Below are positions 35,354-50,002 of a stretch of 64,000 nt of DNA, piece after piece. The position numbers were made by a program, and so were the translations under genes. Position 1 is the first letter of the stretch; each line of letters opens with the position of its first letter. The notes beneath the pieces were generated by a model. The model worked only from the letters and a program-made list of their open reading frames with translations, ran no database searches and was not told the origin of the DNA. The DNA comes from Neovahlkampfia damariscottae (taxonomy: Eukaryota): positions 62,001 to 126,000 of the forward strand of contig JABLTG010000024.1 in NCBI GenBank assembly GCA_016618085.1. The letters run 5' to 3'.

Positions 35354-35989
35354 ATGAATACAGAAGAACAACCGTTGCTTGACGAAGTTGTCATATTTAA
35401 AATTATAGAAAAAATAATACCTGAGATGTCAGATGATCTCGAGCAACTGTCATTCTTTTCATCAGAGATTCACCAAAACCTTGAAATTAGTTTAACTTCA
35501 AAAGACCACTTGAACGGAATTATTGGAGAACACCTAGTTAATAATGGATTTTCAGAATCACTTGATAAATCCTTGGACTTGTGTGAAGACATTTTGGAGA
35601 TGTTGAACAATCCATCAGAAGAGGATGTAAAAGAGTTGGAAGAAGAGTTGGAAGATGGTAATTGTGTTTTATGTGGCAGGGACATGGCTCTGACATTTCA
35701 CCATTTAATTCCTAGAATGACTCATAAAAAAATGTTGAAAAAAGGGTTTAACAAAACTGATTTGAATCGTGGAATTATGGTAATCTTTTATATTATATTC
35801 AATTTTTTTTTTTTTTAGATTTGCAGACCATGTCATAACGCAATTCATCGTTTAATTGACCATGAATCTATGGCTTTGGAATATTATACTTTAGACTTGA
35901 TAATGACAAATGAAAAAGTTTTAAAATGGATCAAATATGCAGAAAAACAAAAATCAGTGAAACATGCAATGAGAAAATACAAAAAATAA
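35354..35989 (+). CDS. HNH-like (YisB-type) zinc-binding protein
   Basis: CVLCGR..LTFHHLIPR...(intron 35780-35818)...ICRPCHNAIH...VLKWIKY. Confidence 0.8.
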
Positions 35990-36036
35990 ATTATTCATTC
36001 TTCCAATCAAAAGTAATTAGTCGGTTAGTGGACAAA

Positions 36037-37266
36037 ATGAAACAACAAAATTTGCTGTTCATTTTAATGTTAACACTCTCTTGTATTTATATCTCAAGTA
36101 CTCAAACAATACCTTTTTGGTTAACTCAAGTCTCAAAAGAATTTGTAAATTATTCAACTCCAAATGTTCCATCTGAAACTGAAGTCACAATTATAGGAGG
36201 AGGAATTTCAGGTTTAAGTACAGCTTTTTGGTTGAGAAAATTAAACAAAAAAACAAAAATTTTACTTTTGGAAGAACGTGGTCTTTGCACAGGAGCCTCA
36301 GGAAGAAATGCTGGTTTTTTATCACCAACAGTATCAATAAACAAACCAAAAGAAATCATAGATTTAGAACATGAAACATATGAACTCATAAAATCAATAT
36401 CAAAAAAATACAAATTTGATGACGATATGAATTGCTTTGGACAAGGAAAATTTTCACAAACAAAAGAAGAGTTATTAGAGATTTTAAGATCACATAATTT
36501 TTCAGCACCAGGTATTAAATTTTGGAAAAAGGAAAAGGTTCATCAAAATACAAAGTCAAAACTCTTCAATGGTGGCAGATTTTCAAAATTTTCATGCACT
36601 TATTCTCCAACCAAATTTATGAAGGAAATTTTTGAATTTATCAAAAGTTCGATTAATACCCAAACTAAGACAAAAGTATTAAAGGTGGAAAACTTTGAAA
36701 ACCATTCAATTATTCATACAACGAAAGGAAAAATCAAAACAAAAAAAGTTATTTTTGCAACTAATGGATACACTTCAAAATTGATACCAGAATTGAAAGA
36801 TTTCATATATCCAGTTAGAGGACAAATCATTGCATCTAAACCTTTGAAAACAATTTGGAAATTTGTCAATTCCGCAAATTATGGATCAGAATATTATGGA
36901 CAACGATATGCAAATGATAAAAGAATAATTTTAGGTGGTTTCAGATGGGTATCAAATTCAAGGGAAATTGGAACTTTTGATGATTCAGTTTTGAATTCAA
37001 ATATTTCAATGACTGCGAGAAACTTTCTTAAAAATTTCAAAGGACTAGAAAACATTGAAATAGAATATGAATGGACTGGAATTATGGGGTGGTCTAAAGA
37101 TGGGTATCCTTTAGTTGGAAATTTAAAACCAAAAAATAATTTCATCATTTCATGCTTCAATGGACATGGAATGCCAGTAATTTTCACAATGGCAAAGAAA
37201 CTAGCAAATTATATCCAAAACAACATCAATAAAATTCCAAAGATTTTTAATCCAAAAAGATTTTAA
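36037..37266 (+). CDS. FAD-dependent oxidoreductase (DAO/PuuB-like family) with signal peptide
   Basis: IIGGGISGLS, GASGRNAG, IFATNGYT, PVRGQI, WTGIMGWSKDGYPLVG, FNGHGM. Confidence 0.9.
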   Translation: MKQQNLLFILMLTLSCIYISSTQTIPFWLTQVSKEFVNYSTPNVPSETEVTIIGGGISGLSTAFWLRKLNKKTKILLLEERGLCTGASGRNAGFLSPTVSINKPKEIIDLEHETYELIKSISKKYKFDDDMNCFGQGKFSQTKEELLEILRSHNFSAPGIKFWKKEKVHQNTKSKLFNGGRFSKFSCTYSPTKFMKEIFEFIKSSINTQTKTKVLKVENFENHSIIHTTKGKIKTKKVIFATNGYTSKLIPELKDFIYPVRGQIIASKPLKTIWKFVNSANYGSEYYGQRYANDKRIILGGFRWVSNSREIGTFDDSVLNSNISMTARNFLKNFKGLENIEIEYEWTGIMGWSKDGYPLVGNLKPKNNFIISCFNGHGMPVIFTMAKKLANYIQNNINKIPKIFNPKRF

Positions 37267-37353
37267 AAAAAATAAAAAAAAAAAAAATAAAAAAAAAATT
37301 TTACCGACCAATTAACCAATCATTTTTTTTTACAAAAAAACGTTGAATAAAAA

Positions 37354-38982
<1,629 letters not shown>

Positions 38983-39052
38983 AAATTTGTTTTACACCTG
39001 TGTTTATTGGTGATAAAATCTGTATCCAAATAAGAACGTAGAAACCCACTTC

Positions 39053-40852
39053 TTATTTTTCAAATTTTCTCTTTTTATTTGGATTTTCAGTTTCTTGAAT
39101 GAGTTGATCTACTAAATCAACATTTGAAAACAAAGAATCTGATTTTGTCATCATCAAATCCAACACATTTTCTATGGAATAAAAATTCTTCATAATTTCA
39201 ATTACTGCATCTTTTAGTTTCTCATTTTCTTGATTGAATGCGTATTCGAAAATATAAAACACGTTATTTTTGTTCACCATTGAAATTAATTTTTGATTCA
39301 AAAAATCATTCAATCCAGAAGACAATAAAAATTTTGAATTTTCTAGCAATTCACCAATTTCTTTTGGATCATTAGAATCAATATTTTTTGAATAAAAATA
39401 TTGAACGATAATATTCAAATGTTCATCAGATATTTCTTCAATTGAAATTTCTGTAGAACTAGATTCTTTAAATCCACTTTCAAATAATGACTTGAAGTAA
39501 TCTGATTCAAATGACAAGATAAGTTTGTGACATTGAATTGAAATGTTTTCTCCTTTGAGTGTGATATCAAAATGATCTTTGGATTCTAAAATCTTTGAAA
39601 ATACTTTATAATGTTCATTCAACCCTCCAATTTTTAAACCAAATTCTTTTTCAATTATTTTTGCTTCATCCTTTGAACAGTTGATAGTTCCATCATACAT
39701 GTATTTAATGGATTTTTTGAACAATAATTCATCCATTTTAGTTAATATTTCATTTTTTTTCATATTTAAATTTGTGAATTTTGATAAGATAAATTTATGT
39801 AAAAAAAACTTTTTTCCATCATTCAATTGAATCGTGAAATCTGAATATTTTGGTGATTCAATGAGTTTGGACATTAAAACAGATTTTTTGACTTCTAGTT
39901 TGACCCTAAAATTTTGAACTTTTTTTGACATTGATCCTGTTAATTTGGAATTTATCAAAAACAGTGAATCGTCAGTCATAAACGTGGATGAAATCAAAAC
40001 AGAACTTTTAGTGTAAAACTTCTGAATAAAATCAAATTCATCGGGATCCCAAACAAGAATTTCATTAGAAGGAACTCCATGAATGATCTCTCCACCAACG
40101 AAATAAATCAAATCATTCCCACAACAAACACACGAATTCTTGTGAAGCATAACAATCTCTTTCAATCCTAAATCCTCAAGAAAATAATAATAAGTCTCAT
40201 TAAAAATAAATTTCACAATAAAAATATCTTTAACCTTCAAAAGTTTTTCAATTGGATCTTTCATGATTGGATGTTCAATAATGAATTCTCTTTGTGTTTT
40301 TTTTTTAAAATTGTATTCAAAAACTGAATTTCCAACATAAACAGATAGATTCTCATTTTTTTTGCAACATATTTCAACTCTCTTGTGTTGAATGGTTTCA
40401 TCTATTTTTAGTGTATCAATTTTTTCTGTTATTTTTTTTTCAAAATTCAACAAAAAAATGGTATTTCCTGATAAGAAATAGTATTTTTCATCTTGAGCAA
40501 AAAAAACCATCAGTCCAGATTCTCTGGTGTCTTCATATTCAGCAGTGAAACTTATTTCAGTTTTTTTTTCTGTTTTGAAATTGAAAGAATGTAATATTTG
40601 ATTTAATCCATCAAAACTTGATTTTATGTTAAGTATTTCGTCGTTTTCTACGATTGAATTTTCTTCAAATGGGATCATTGGAGCCTCTTCAAGTGTCACA
40701 ACTTTACCATGTTTACTAAAGAAAGAAACTTCATCAAAATCTGCCAGGAGTTGTATTAATTGTTTTTTATTTATTTTTTTATCATATGGAATGCTGAAGT
40801 GTTCACAAATTTTGAGCAATGATGTTTCGTCGAGCGATGAAGTCACTTTCAT
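39053..40852 (-). CDS. Tandem-BTB/POZ protein with N-terminal helical (SAP-like) and beta-propeller-like regions, paralog 1
   Basis: YSDFTIQL...FFLHKFILS and DITLKG...QCHKLILSFESDYFKSLFESGFKES; C-terminal NLS KKRK. Confidence 0.85.
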   Translation of the reverse strand: MKVTSSLDETSLLKICEHFSIPYDKKINKKQLIQLLADFDEVSFFSKHGKVVTLEEAPMIPFEENSIVENDEILNIKSSFDGLNQILHSFNFKTEKKTEISFTAEYEDTRESGLMVFFAQDEKYYFLSGNTIFLLNFEKKITEKIDTLKIDETIQHKRVEICCKKNENLSVYVGNSVFEYNFKKKTQREFIIEHPIMKDPIEKLLKVKDIFIVKFIFNETYYYFLEDLGLKEIVMLHKNSCVCCGNDLIYFVGGEIIHGVPSNEILVWDPDEFDFIQKFYTKSSVLISSTFMTDDSLFLINSKLTGSMSKKVQNFRVKLEVKKSVLMSKLIESPKYSDFTIQLNDGKKFFLHKFILSKFTNLNMKKNEILTKMDELLFKKSIKYMYDGTINCSKDEAKIIEKEFGLKIGGLNEHYKVFSKILESKDHFDITLKGENISIQCHKLILSFESDYFKSLFESGFKESSSTEISIEEISDEHLNIIVQYFYSKNIDSNDPKEIGELLENSKFLLSSGLNDFLNQKLISMVNKNNVFYIFEYAFNQENEKLKDAVIEIMKNFYSIENVLDLMMTKSDSLFSNVDLVDQLIQETENPNKKRKFEK

Positions 40853-40899
40853 TTGGAATGTGATTGGTCAAAGAAAATCGAACAAATATCGAATTGATT

Positions 40900-41441
40900 T
40901 TATTTTTGTTCAGCTTTTTTATTATGCTCATCAATATCAAGAGCGTCCCAAGGAAATACAACCCATAAATCATCAATTTCTTCTCCTGCAATATATTCAC
41001 ATTTTCCTAATTCTTTTGCTCTTTTTTCTTTCTTTTTATTCAATAAAACAAAAACCATAATATCAGAAACTCCACATTTCCATAATTCATCAACACAATA
41101 CTTCAATGTTGTTCTTGTATCATCAATTTCATCAACCAATAAAATTCTTTTTCCTTTGATCTTTTCCAAGTTTTTTTCATCAAACCATTGAGATTTTTTG
41201 ATTTCTGAGTTCAATTCATCTTTTTCATTGTATAATTGAACACCAATTCCTAATAATGGTTTCTTGATGAATGTACGAGTTATTCTAGAGGGAATTAACC
41301 CTTGAAAAAAAATCAAATTGAAGAACACTGCTTACCTCCTCCAGCAATTCCAATGATCAGATCTGGGTTAAATTCTTGTATTTCGTTTGATTTATTTGCA
41401 ATTATTTGATGTACTTTGTCGTAAGTGATGTATGTTTTCAT
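40900..41441 (-). CDS. Hypoxanthine/xanthine phosphoribosyltransferase (yeast HPT1/XPT1-like)
   Basis: FNPDLIIGIAGGGLIPSR, RILLVDEIDDTRTTL, WVVFPWD; one intron (~41302-41335). Confidence 0.92.
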
Positions 41442-41615
41442 TTTGAATTCTATTTGATTATAGAATACCGAAAATGACCAATTAAAAAATATTTTCCCTT
41501 CAATTCGAATTGAATACCCAAATCAAAAAACAAAGAAATTTAGATTTTAATTTTTGACATGTTGGTTGTATTAAAAAACTTTTTGATTGGACAAAAATCC
41601 AAAAACTAAACCTTG

Positions 41616-42269
41616 ATGCATGAACAAGAACAAGTTGAGACAATTAAAGTTCTTTGTTATAATTTAGAAAAGAGAGAATTAGTTTCAAAAATGTTGTTAA
41701 AGTATATACCTGATATTGCACTTTTTCAAGAATGGGTTTTGGCATTCAACCAAGAAAGTATAAACTTATCATGGTCTATGAAATACACACAAAGTTTTGA
41801 AAAGAAAAAAAAACCTTGTGGAACAAGTATTTACTCATTAAAAGAACCACAATCTGTCGTTCATCATTTAAGCGAACATTCTGAATTTGTAATTGGTGTT
41901 CAAAAATCATCTTGTGCTGTTAAAATAGATGATATTTGGTTTATTTCTATACATGCTTATAATGGATTTCCTTTTAAAAGTGTTGATAAATTACAAAACC
42001 ATATTGAATCAACATTGAAATCTTTAGGAAGTGAAAATAAACATCCAATCGTTTTTGCAGGTGATTTTAATACTTGGACAGATGTACATTTAGATGCTAT
42101 AAAATCAACTTGTGAGAAGTTTGGATTATCACATAATTTTGCAATACCATATGACGAAAAAAAAACATTGGATCATTGTTTTAGTCGAGGAGTTAATGTG
42201 AAACTTTTGAAATCTGATCATGATGATTCTGATCACCCATTTTTTTTGTTTGAAGTGAAAAAAAAATAA
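41616..42269 (+). CDS. Endonuclease/exonuclease/phosphatase (EEP) family protein
   Basis: LCYN, ALFQE, SIHA, FAGDFNTW, LDHCFSRG, SDHP. Confidence 0.88.
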   Translation: MHEQEQVETIKVLCYNLEKRELVSKMLLKYIPDIALFQEWVLAFNQESINLSWSMKYTQSFEKKKKPCGTSIYSLKEPQSVVHHLSEHSEFVIGVQKSSCAVKIDDIWFISIHAYNGFPFKSVDKLQNHIESTLKSLGSENKHPIVFAGDFNTWTDVHLDAIKSTCEKFGLSHNFAIPYDEKKTLDHCFSRGVNVKLLKSDHDDSDHPFFLFEVKKK

Positions 42270-42572
42270 AGGAAATTTGACACTGTTTTTAGTATTCAAA
42301 ATTTCAGACTTTAGAGAAGATAAAACAATTTCACAATAAAATGGAAACAGTTATTTTTTATTTGCTCAACTGAAAAGAATATAAAAAATTCAGGAATAAG
42401 ATTAGAAGTTAAGATTTTGGTATCATTACATATCAAATATTGGAGCTTGTTTTTCATCATCTAATCTAAAATCAATCCAAATACAATCATCTACCAAATA
42501 AATATCCAATAAAAAATATTTTGGGATTGCCAAATATCATATTGACAAGAGAATTTTTTATTGGAGTTTTTT

Positions 42573-43115
42573 TTAAAAGAATCTTTCATGAATAACGTTG
42601 ACATTATTCATTTTTTTATGAGTTTTCTTTTTTAAATTGTAAAAAGGGGTATAACCATCTTCCCAATTTTCATTTTTCAAAAAATGAGTTTTTGAAACAA
42701 ACACTTTATCCAACATGAAATACGCATTATCTGCACCAACAGCAACTGGATAAGGAACATCACTATTCCCTACGATTGAATAATATTCCAAAATTTCTTC
42801 TTTTGTTTCAAACTCATAAATCGTGTGTCCAACAAAGGCATAAAGGTTTTCATATAGTTTAAACAAAATTGAGTTTCCTGCGAATAATGGTTCACTAGAA
42901 TCACATCCAATGAATGGTTTATCAATTTTTTCATATTGTTTGACTAAAACTGGAGGTTTTTTGTATGCACAACGAAAAACATTTGCTGTTTTATTTTCAT
43001 GTGAAATAAACACTAAAAATGGTCTTCCTCCATTGTCATGGGTGAAATATGGTGTTGCTTGTTTTTTAAAATCATCATGCACTAATTCTATAAATTCCAA
43101 TTCTTCTTTGTCCAT
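42573..43115 (-). CDS. Hypothetical protein resembling a giant-virus (NCLDV)-associated family
   Basis: YFTHDNGGRPFLV, GNSIL, YAFVGHTIYEF, YYSIVGNSDVPYPVAVG; intronless. Confidence 0.65.
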   Translation of the reverse strand: MDKEELEFIELVHDDFKKQATPYFTHDNGGRPFLVFISHENKTANVFRCAYKKPPVLVKQYEKIDKPFIGCDSSEPLFAGNSILFKLYENLYAFVGHTIYEFETKEEILEYYSIVGNSDVPYPVAVGADNAYFMLDKVFVSKTHFLKNENWEDGYTPFYNLKKKTHKKMNNVNVIHERFF

Positions 43116-43155
43116 TTATATTCTGATGCTCAATTGAACCCAAAAACCAATCAAA

Positions 43156-44953
43156 ATGAACCTTGAACCTCTTCGTGCTGACATAATCACAAGAGTGGCA
43201 GAACAGTTTCCAGAAATTGAAACCATAGTTTTCAAAGAATATCCATTCAAAATTGAAAAAAAACATGAAGAAGCGTTAAAATCTTTTTATTGTTTGAAAA
43301 TATTTTCTTTTCCTTTTGTTGACCCTTTTGAAAAGTCAACAAAAATATTTCAAGAAATTATAAACAATAATCCAAACCTGGAATATGTCCAAATTCAAGA
43401 AACTCCAAAAGTACAGAATTATACTTGGGATTTTGAAAAGGTGATAGATTGGATTCCTGACTCCGTTTTTGAATCATTAAAATCTTTATTTTTATTAACT
43501 AAACTTGATATAAAATGTAAGTTATTCCATTGTACTGAATAGATTCAAAAGATGAATTGTCAAAGTCCAATGAAAAATTGGTTGGGGAATTGATTGAATC
43601 AAACAGACTACAAGAAATTTCAATCAATATAAACTTTAAGTATAGCCCTTTTTTCAGTGCTTTATTAAAGAATACCTCATTAGAATCGATTTCTTTCACT
43701 GATTATCATAGCTGTAAAGATTTGAAATGTCTGGAGTTTCTTGAAGTCAATAAATCATTAAAACGTTTGAGCATAAAAAAAATTGAATTCAAAGATGATT
43801 TTGATAATTATTTTAACGAAAAAATGGCTAAAAATGTTAGCATTGAAGAACTGACTTCAGGATCTCATTCTTTTGATTTCTTGAAGACAAACAAGGTTTT
43901 ACATTTATTAACTGTATCAAATGGGATAAATTCATTAACAAGCAACATTTCTAAAAATTCAACTTTGAAAACATTAATTGTGGACACTGATAATTTTGAT
44001 GGTGAATTTTTGGACGTTTTGAAAACACATCATTCAATCGTGTCTCTTGATTTTCGTGAGTGAATTATTTATTAAATATCAATAGGGTTTCCAGAAGATT
44101 CTGAAGAGTTGATTGATTTTCTTGAAAAAAATAAAACAATACAAAAATTGAGATTTTGTGAATTATATCAAGAAATCGAACCTGTTCATCCAGATTCTAA
44201 TTTGAATGATTTGTCAATTTCATTTGATTATTTAGACATGTCTGTCTTCAAAGACATCAAATTTCAATCTCTTGAAGTTATGGATAGCAATATTGTTGAA
44301 GATTCATTTTCATGTTTGAATTTTGAGTATTTAAGAAAGTTAGATATTTCGAGAACAGATGTAGGAAATAAAGGATTAAAGAATATTGCCAATGCTCCAA
44401 TGTTGGAAGATTTATCTATTGATGGTATACTGCAATCATATTATTAATTTTCCTAGATTTTTCATTATTTGATACCAAGGCAGCATTACTTTTTTTTGAA
44501 TCATTGGAAATATTATCAACATTGAAGAAACTTCGTCTTAGAGATATGAATAACGAAATAATGGACGAAGTATTCCATTGGTTGGAAACAAACAATAGTG
44601 TTGAATATTTTGATTGTTCTAGTAATTTCTATTTTTAAACTAAAAAAGAAGGAGGGAATGAAAATCCAAATTTCGTCAAAGGATTATCCACTTTATTATC
44701 AATCAACAATACAATAACAGAGATTAGAATAGATGATTATAATTTTCCTAATTATTTTGATCAAATTGATTTTAGCATGATAGAAAATGGATTAGAGCAA
44801 AATACTTCAATTTTTAAGTGTCATATTGGTGGAATGGAATCAATGGGATCAAGGAGAATCATGAAAATTTTGCAAAGAAACAAGAAATTTCTGGCATCTC
44901 AAAAATCTATCAATCTGTTGAAATTTGATGATTTGAATTTTAAATTTGAATAA
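43156..44953 (+). CDS. Leucine-rich repeat (RNI-like) protein
   Basis: Repeats L..N.SL..L.I, LRKLDIS..DVGNKGL; several tiny introns. Confidence 0.8.
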
Positions 44954-45086
44954 AATCAAAGATCAAAAATTTCAAAATTCGAATTTTGAGAACAAATCGA
45001 ACTTCTAAAAAACCAAAGGGTTGTTTTCTTGTTTTCATTGGACGTTTTTTTTCCACCAATTATTTCATTGTTGTTTTGCGGAAAAA

Positions 45087-47724
45087 ATGTCCAAAAAACA
45101 AAGCATTCAACAAGACTTAAAAAAAAGACTTGAACTTCACAATACTTCCAGAATGACGCATAACTCCATTCTAAAAGAAACTCCTTCAACAGATTCACGT
45201 CCTAGCATTCCGTTAACAGGAATTGGTGGTTCAGTTTTTTCTTTCAAAAAGCATTTAAAACTATACCAAGATAACAACTCATTTTCATTACCAAACTCAC
45301 CAAGAGAAGAAGATTTGCAAGTTATAGGAGAAGACAGAAGAGACTCCAAATCCTTACCACAAAGTCCAACAGAAGAAGAAAATATTTTGCAACCACAAAG
45401 AAGTTTTGAAGAAAACTTAATAGATGTGAACAACATCACTCAAAAAAACCACACCCAAATTTTGAATTTAGAAATTTTTTCACAAGATGAAAAATCCATA
45501 CAAGCCTTTAAACAGTTTACCATTGAAAGTTTAGTAGCGGAACAATTTGAATACTATGAAAGATATCAAAGATATATGAATGAAAAAAATGAAGAAAGAA
45601 AAAAACAAATGGAAGATGTTCTTTTTGAAAAATTTATCAATCCAAAAAGTGGAAGTAGTGTATTATTTTCACAAAAATCGACACAAAGAATATTAAAATA
45701 TTATGAAAAAAGAAATCCAATGGCACTTCAAATTTGTTATGTTAACGCATATCAACAATTAGAACGTTGTTATGAAAATTACAAAAAGAAAGGAAGTTTT
45801 CTATACAAAAAAAAAGTTGGAGTGCTTCCAACAAATTTTGATGAATTAGTAGAATCTAAGAAAGGTTTTAAACTCTTTTCAAATTTTGTTTCAGCAAATT
45901 TTGGAACGAATTTCATTCAATGTTTCACAGACTTGATGGAACATAAAGATAGTAAAAAAGAAGCAGCTGACCATATTATTCAATTATACTGTAAAAAAGA
46001 AGCTGTTAAAAGTTGTATATATAACCCAGAAGTTCGAACAAAAATTGTAAACGAAAAAGGAAAAATTCAAGATGGTTGGTATGACACTTTGTACAATCAT
46101 TTATACAAAATTCTATCTCATGAATACTGTCCAAGATTTATTAACTCAAATATTTGGAGAGATTACATTACAGTCAATTTTATCAAAGAAGAAACTTTAA
46201 AATTTAATGATTTGTATACTATAAAATCAGTTGATCGAAGAAGGTCTTTTTTTTCTGAAAAATATGAAATTCTTTCTGTTGCAAATTTATTGACATCTGA
46301 TATTTTCAAAGCAAAGAGAATTATGTCAACAAAATCAACTATCGAAGTTCAATCAATCAAAGTAATTTTAGTTTTTCATTTTTCTCATTAATTTATCATT
46401 AGTTATTGGATAGTCAACTTAAACATGATAATGTCATTCAATTGATTGAATTATTCAAAGAAGATGCTGAAGTCTATGATACACAAACTCTATCAATTGT
46501 TACAACTCATTTTGGTGATTCATTGGATGAATACATTGAAAAGTTAAAAAATCCATTGACCGATTTGGAGTTGGTTGATTTCATGAGACAAATTTTATTA
46601 GCATTGCAATGTTTCCACAAACAAAAGAGATATTTTGAAATTGGCCAATTGAAAGAAACAAATATTTATCTATCTTCATTAATGAACACATTGTACATTG
46701 ATCCTGGATTCTTTTATAATAATGAAACCGATGAAGAAGATGACTGGTTATATGGATACTTAAAATCACCTGAAAAAGTTTCATCACCAAAGAGTGACAT
46801 TTACTCTGCTGGTTTTATTTTTTTCAGATTGGCTTCTGGGCATTCGTCACTTGAAATTCAAGAAATTTGTGAAAAGAAAGAAAAGAAAAAAGGATGGTTA
46901 AAAAACTTTGCAGAGTATATTTCTAGTCCTGCATCCACTTCTGAATTCGATTCTGTTGATGAATTTGAAAATGGGTTTTCAACAGACCCTCGTGGCATTG
47001 ATTCATTCTCAATACAAAAAGGTGTAACTCCAGATTATATTATCAATATGAAAGAAGAATTTTTATTCCTCAAAGTAAAGAATTTCAAATTTTTTTTAAT
47101 GAAAAATTATCTAATTAGGATAGATATGATGTTAGAATTTTAAATGTAATGATTCAAATGATAGATGAGAATCCATATAGAAGACCAAAAATTGATGATA
47201 TTTTGAAAGAGTTAACATTTATTTATAGAGAAATCAGAAGAGGAACTGTCAGAAAAATGAGTAACAAATTTGGCTCCTTGACAGAATTCCAAAAGATTGT
47301 ACTTTCTGATGACCTTTATCGTCAATATTTTAAAGAGTTCTTAAGAACTGAATTTGCATCAGAAACCCTTTTATTTTTTGAAGATGTGAAACAATTTCAA
47401 AATTTAACAACTGATCAACAGAGATTATTAAAAGCGAACGAAATTTGTCAAAGCTACTTGAAGATAACATCAAATTTAGAAATAAATGTCAGTGGATCAT
47501 TGAAAAAGAATGTTTCTCAAGATTTAAAAGAAGCATTTGAAACTGGAAAAATTGGTATGGATATTTTTGATGACATGGCAAAACATGTTTCAGATACAAT
47601 TTTATTGGACTCTTTCAACCGATTTGAGCAATCATCCATCAGAAATGAATTGAAAGAAAAATTGACCTTCGATAGAAAATCAAAAATGTCTTCAAAATCA
47701 ACTGTAAAAATAGTGTTAAAATAA
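45087..47724 (+). CDS. RGS-RGS-pseudokinase-RGS protein, paralog 2
   Basis: Same domain order as the gene at 22325; HDNVIQLIELF, YIDPGFF, SDIYSAGFIFFRL, EFLRTEFASETLLFFEDV. Confidence 0.8.
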
Positions 47725-47789
47725 AATTGTTGGAAGAATTTCTAAAACAATTTTATTGGTGGAATTTTTCATTCAATCAATTTCTATTC

Positions 47790-49990
47790 ATGGAAGAGCA
47801 ATTTGTTTTAACACCTCTAACTGAAATTGAAGAATTAAAAATAGATGAAGAATATAAATCCGCTTTTTGCAAACATGCACAAAAGAAATTTGTTTCTGAA
47901 CAATTTCTTTTTTTTGAAATGTATCAAAATTATTTAGAAAAATTTGAAATTGATGAAGAAAAAGAAAGTTTAGAAGAAGAATTATATGAAAAATTTATAA
48001 ACCAAAATTCAAAAACAGCGTTGACTTTAAGTACAAAAATTTTAAAAAAAGTGAAAAATTTGTATAAAGAGAAAGCATCAAAACCATTTCAAATAGTTTA
48101 TCAAGAAGTAAGATTTTAGTTTACATAATAATAGGTGAATACTAATTTGTCACCAATTTACAGAGAATTCCTGAAAAACAATAATGAAATGTTGATAAAG
48201 AAAGAATCAATTTTTAGACATCCTTCACACATACCAAAGAATTTTGAAGAAATCATTGATCACGAAGAATTATATCAAATCTTTTGTAATTACGTTTGTG
48301 ATCATTATGGCAGGAACTACATGGTTTGTTTTGAAGATTTAAGAGAATATCAAAGAAATCCAATAGAGAAAGCAAAAAATAGAATATACGAAAATTATTT
48401 TGTTTATTCATCACGTTTTTGTTGCATTTTTAATCCTCAAATCAGATCAACAATTTTTATCAACAAAAATACAACCACTGAAAATTGGGAAGAAAATTTG
48501 GAGAATTTTCTTAAAAATATTTTGCAAAACGAGTTTTTTGTAAGATTTATACATTCTCCTCTTTGGAAAGATTTTATTAGTTCAAACTTTCAAAAAGAAA
48601 AAGATACAACTTTTGATGATTTATACACTGTTAAAAAAGTTGTGAAAAAAACCACATCTTTTTCAGAGGAAGTTGAACATTTGATTGTTGTGAATAAGTT
48701 GACAACTGAACCTTTCAATGCTAAAAGAATTACATCAACCAAAACTCTTTCCAAAATAGAGACTTTTAATGTATGAAAAAAAAAAAACTGATCTATTAAG
48801 TCAATGAATCAAAGAGTTCATGATAATGTGATTCAATTTGTCGAATTATTCAAAGAAGATTTGAAGGAATATAATAAAAATTGTGTCACAATCATCACAA
48901 CTGAAATCAATGAACGACTAGATACCTTTTTGAATAATAAAGGAAATATTATCAAAGAATATGTAAGAAATCAAAAAAACTCATTTTTCAGGAAATTATC
49001 GGATACTTTATGCAAATTCTATCTGCGTTGGCTCATTTACATGATCAAAAACGTTATTTTGATTTTGGAACTTTGTGTGAAAATAATATTTACATGTCTG
49101 CTTTGTATAGTACAATATTTATTGATCCTGGGTATTACTTTGATGAAGAGAATGATGAATACCCAGATTACTATGATGCACCTGAAAATGTCACTTCTGC
49201 CAAAGGTGATATCTACAGTGCAGGTTTTATTTTTTTCAGATTTCTTACCAGATTATCTCCCGAAGAAATTGAAACGATTTATAAAAAAAAACCAAATTTG
49301 AATTTAGTTGGTAAAATAAAGAGTTTTAGAAGATCACCTTTTAATGGTGTTGAACCAACGTATTACAATAACATCAAAGAAACTCTTTCGAAAGTCAAAG
49401 TAAGTTCATTGAATTGTAATTCATAAAATCAGTTATTTGATTCAAAAATTAAAGATTTAGTATTGCAAATGATTCATCCAGATCACAAAAAAAGACCTTC
49501 AGCATTAGAAGCTCATAAAACATTGAAAGCAATTCAAAAAGGAAAAAACTATAAAATGATTAAAACAAAATCAATGGTTTATGAAAATTTCGAAGAAGAA
49601 CATCTACTCACAAAAAATATATATCGTAGATTTTTCAAAGAATTTGTGAGAACCGAATTTTCAACTGAAACAGTTTTGTTCTTTGAAGATGTTGAATTAT
49701 TTCAAAATTTCTCAACAGATCAAGAGAGATTATTGAAAACCAAAGAAATTTTTCAATCTTATTTGAGTTCATCATCACCTTTAGAAATCAATGTAAGTGG
49801 AAGATTAAAAAAAAAATTAGAAGAAGAGATTCAAGAAGCCAATGAAACTGGAGATATAACATTTGACATTTTTGATGAAATTCAAAAACATGTTGTAGAT
49901 ACAATATTTTTAGATGTAATGATGAGATTTAAAGACTCCGAAATAAAAAAAGAATTGGATCACTATATGGAAAAATATGAAAAAAAATGA
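47790..49990 (+). CDS. RGS-RGS-pseudokinase-RGS protein, paralog 3 (tandem with paralog 2)
   Basis: HDNVIQFVELF, FIDPGYY, GDIYSAGFIFFRF, EFVRTEFSTETVLFFEDV; introns at shared positions. Confidence 0.8.
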
Positions 49991-50002
49991 TTGGATAAAA
50001 CT

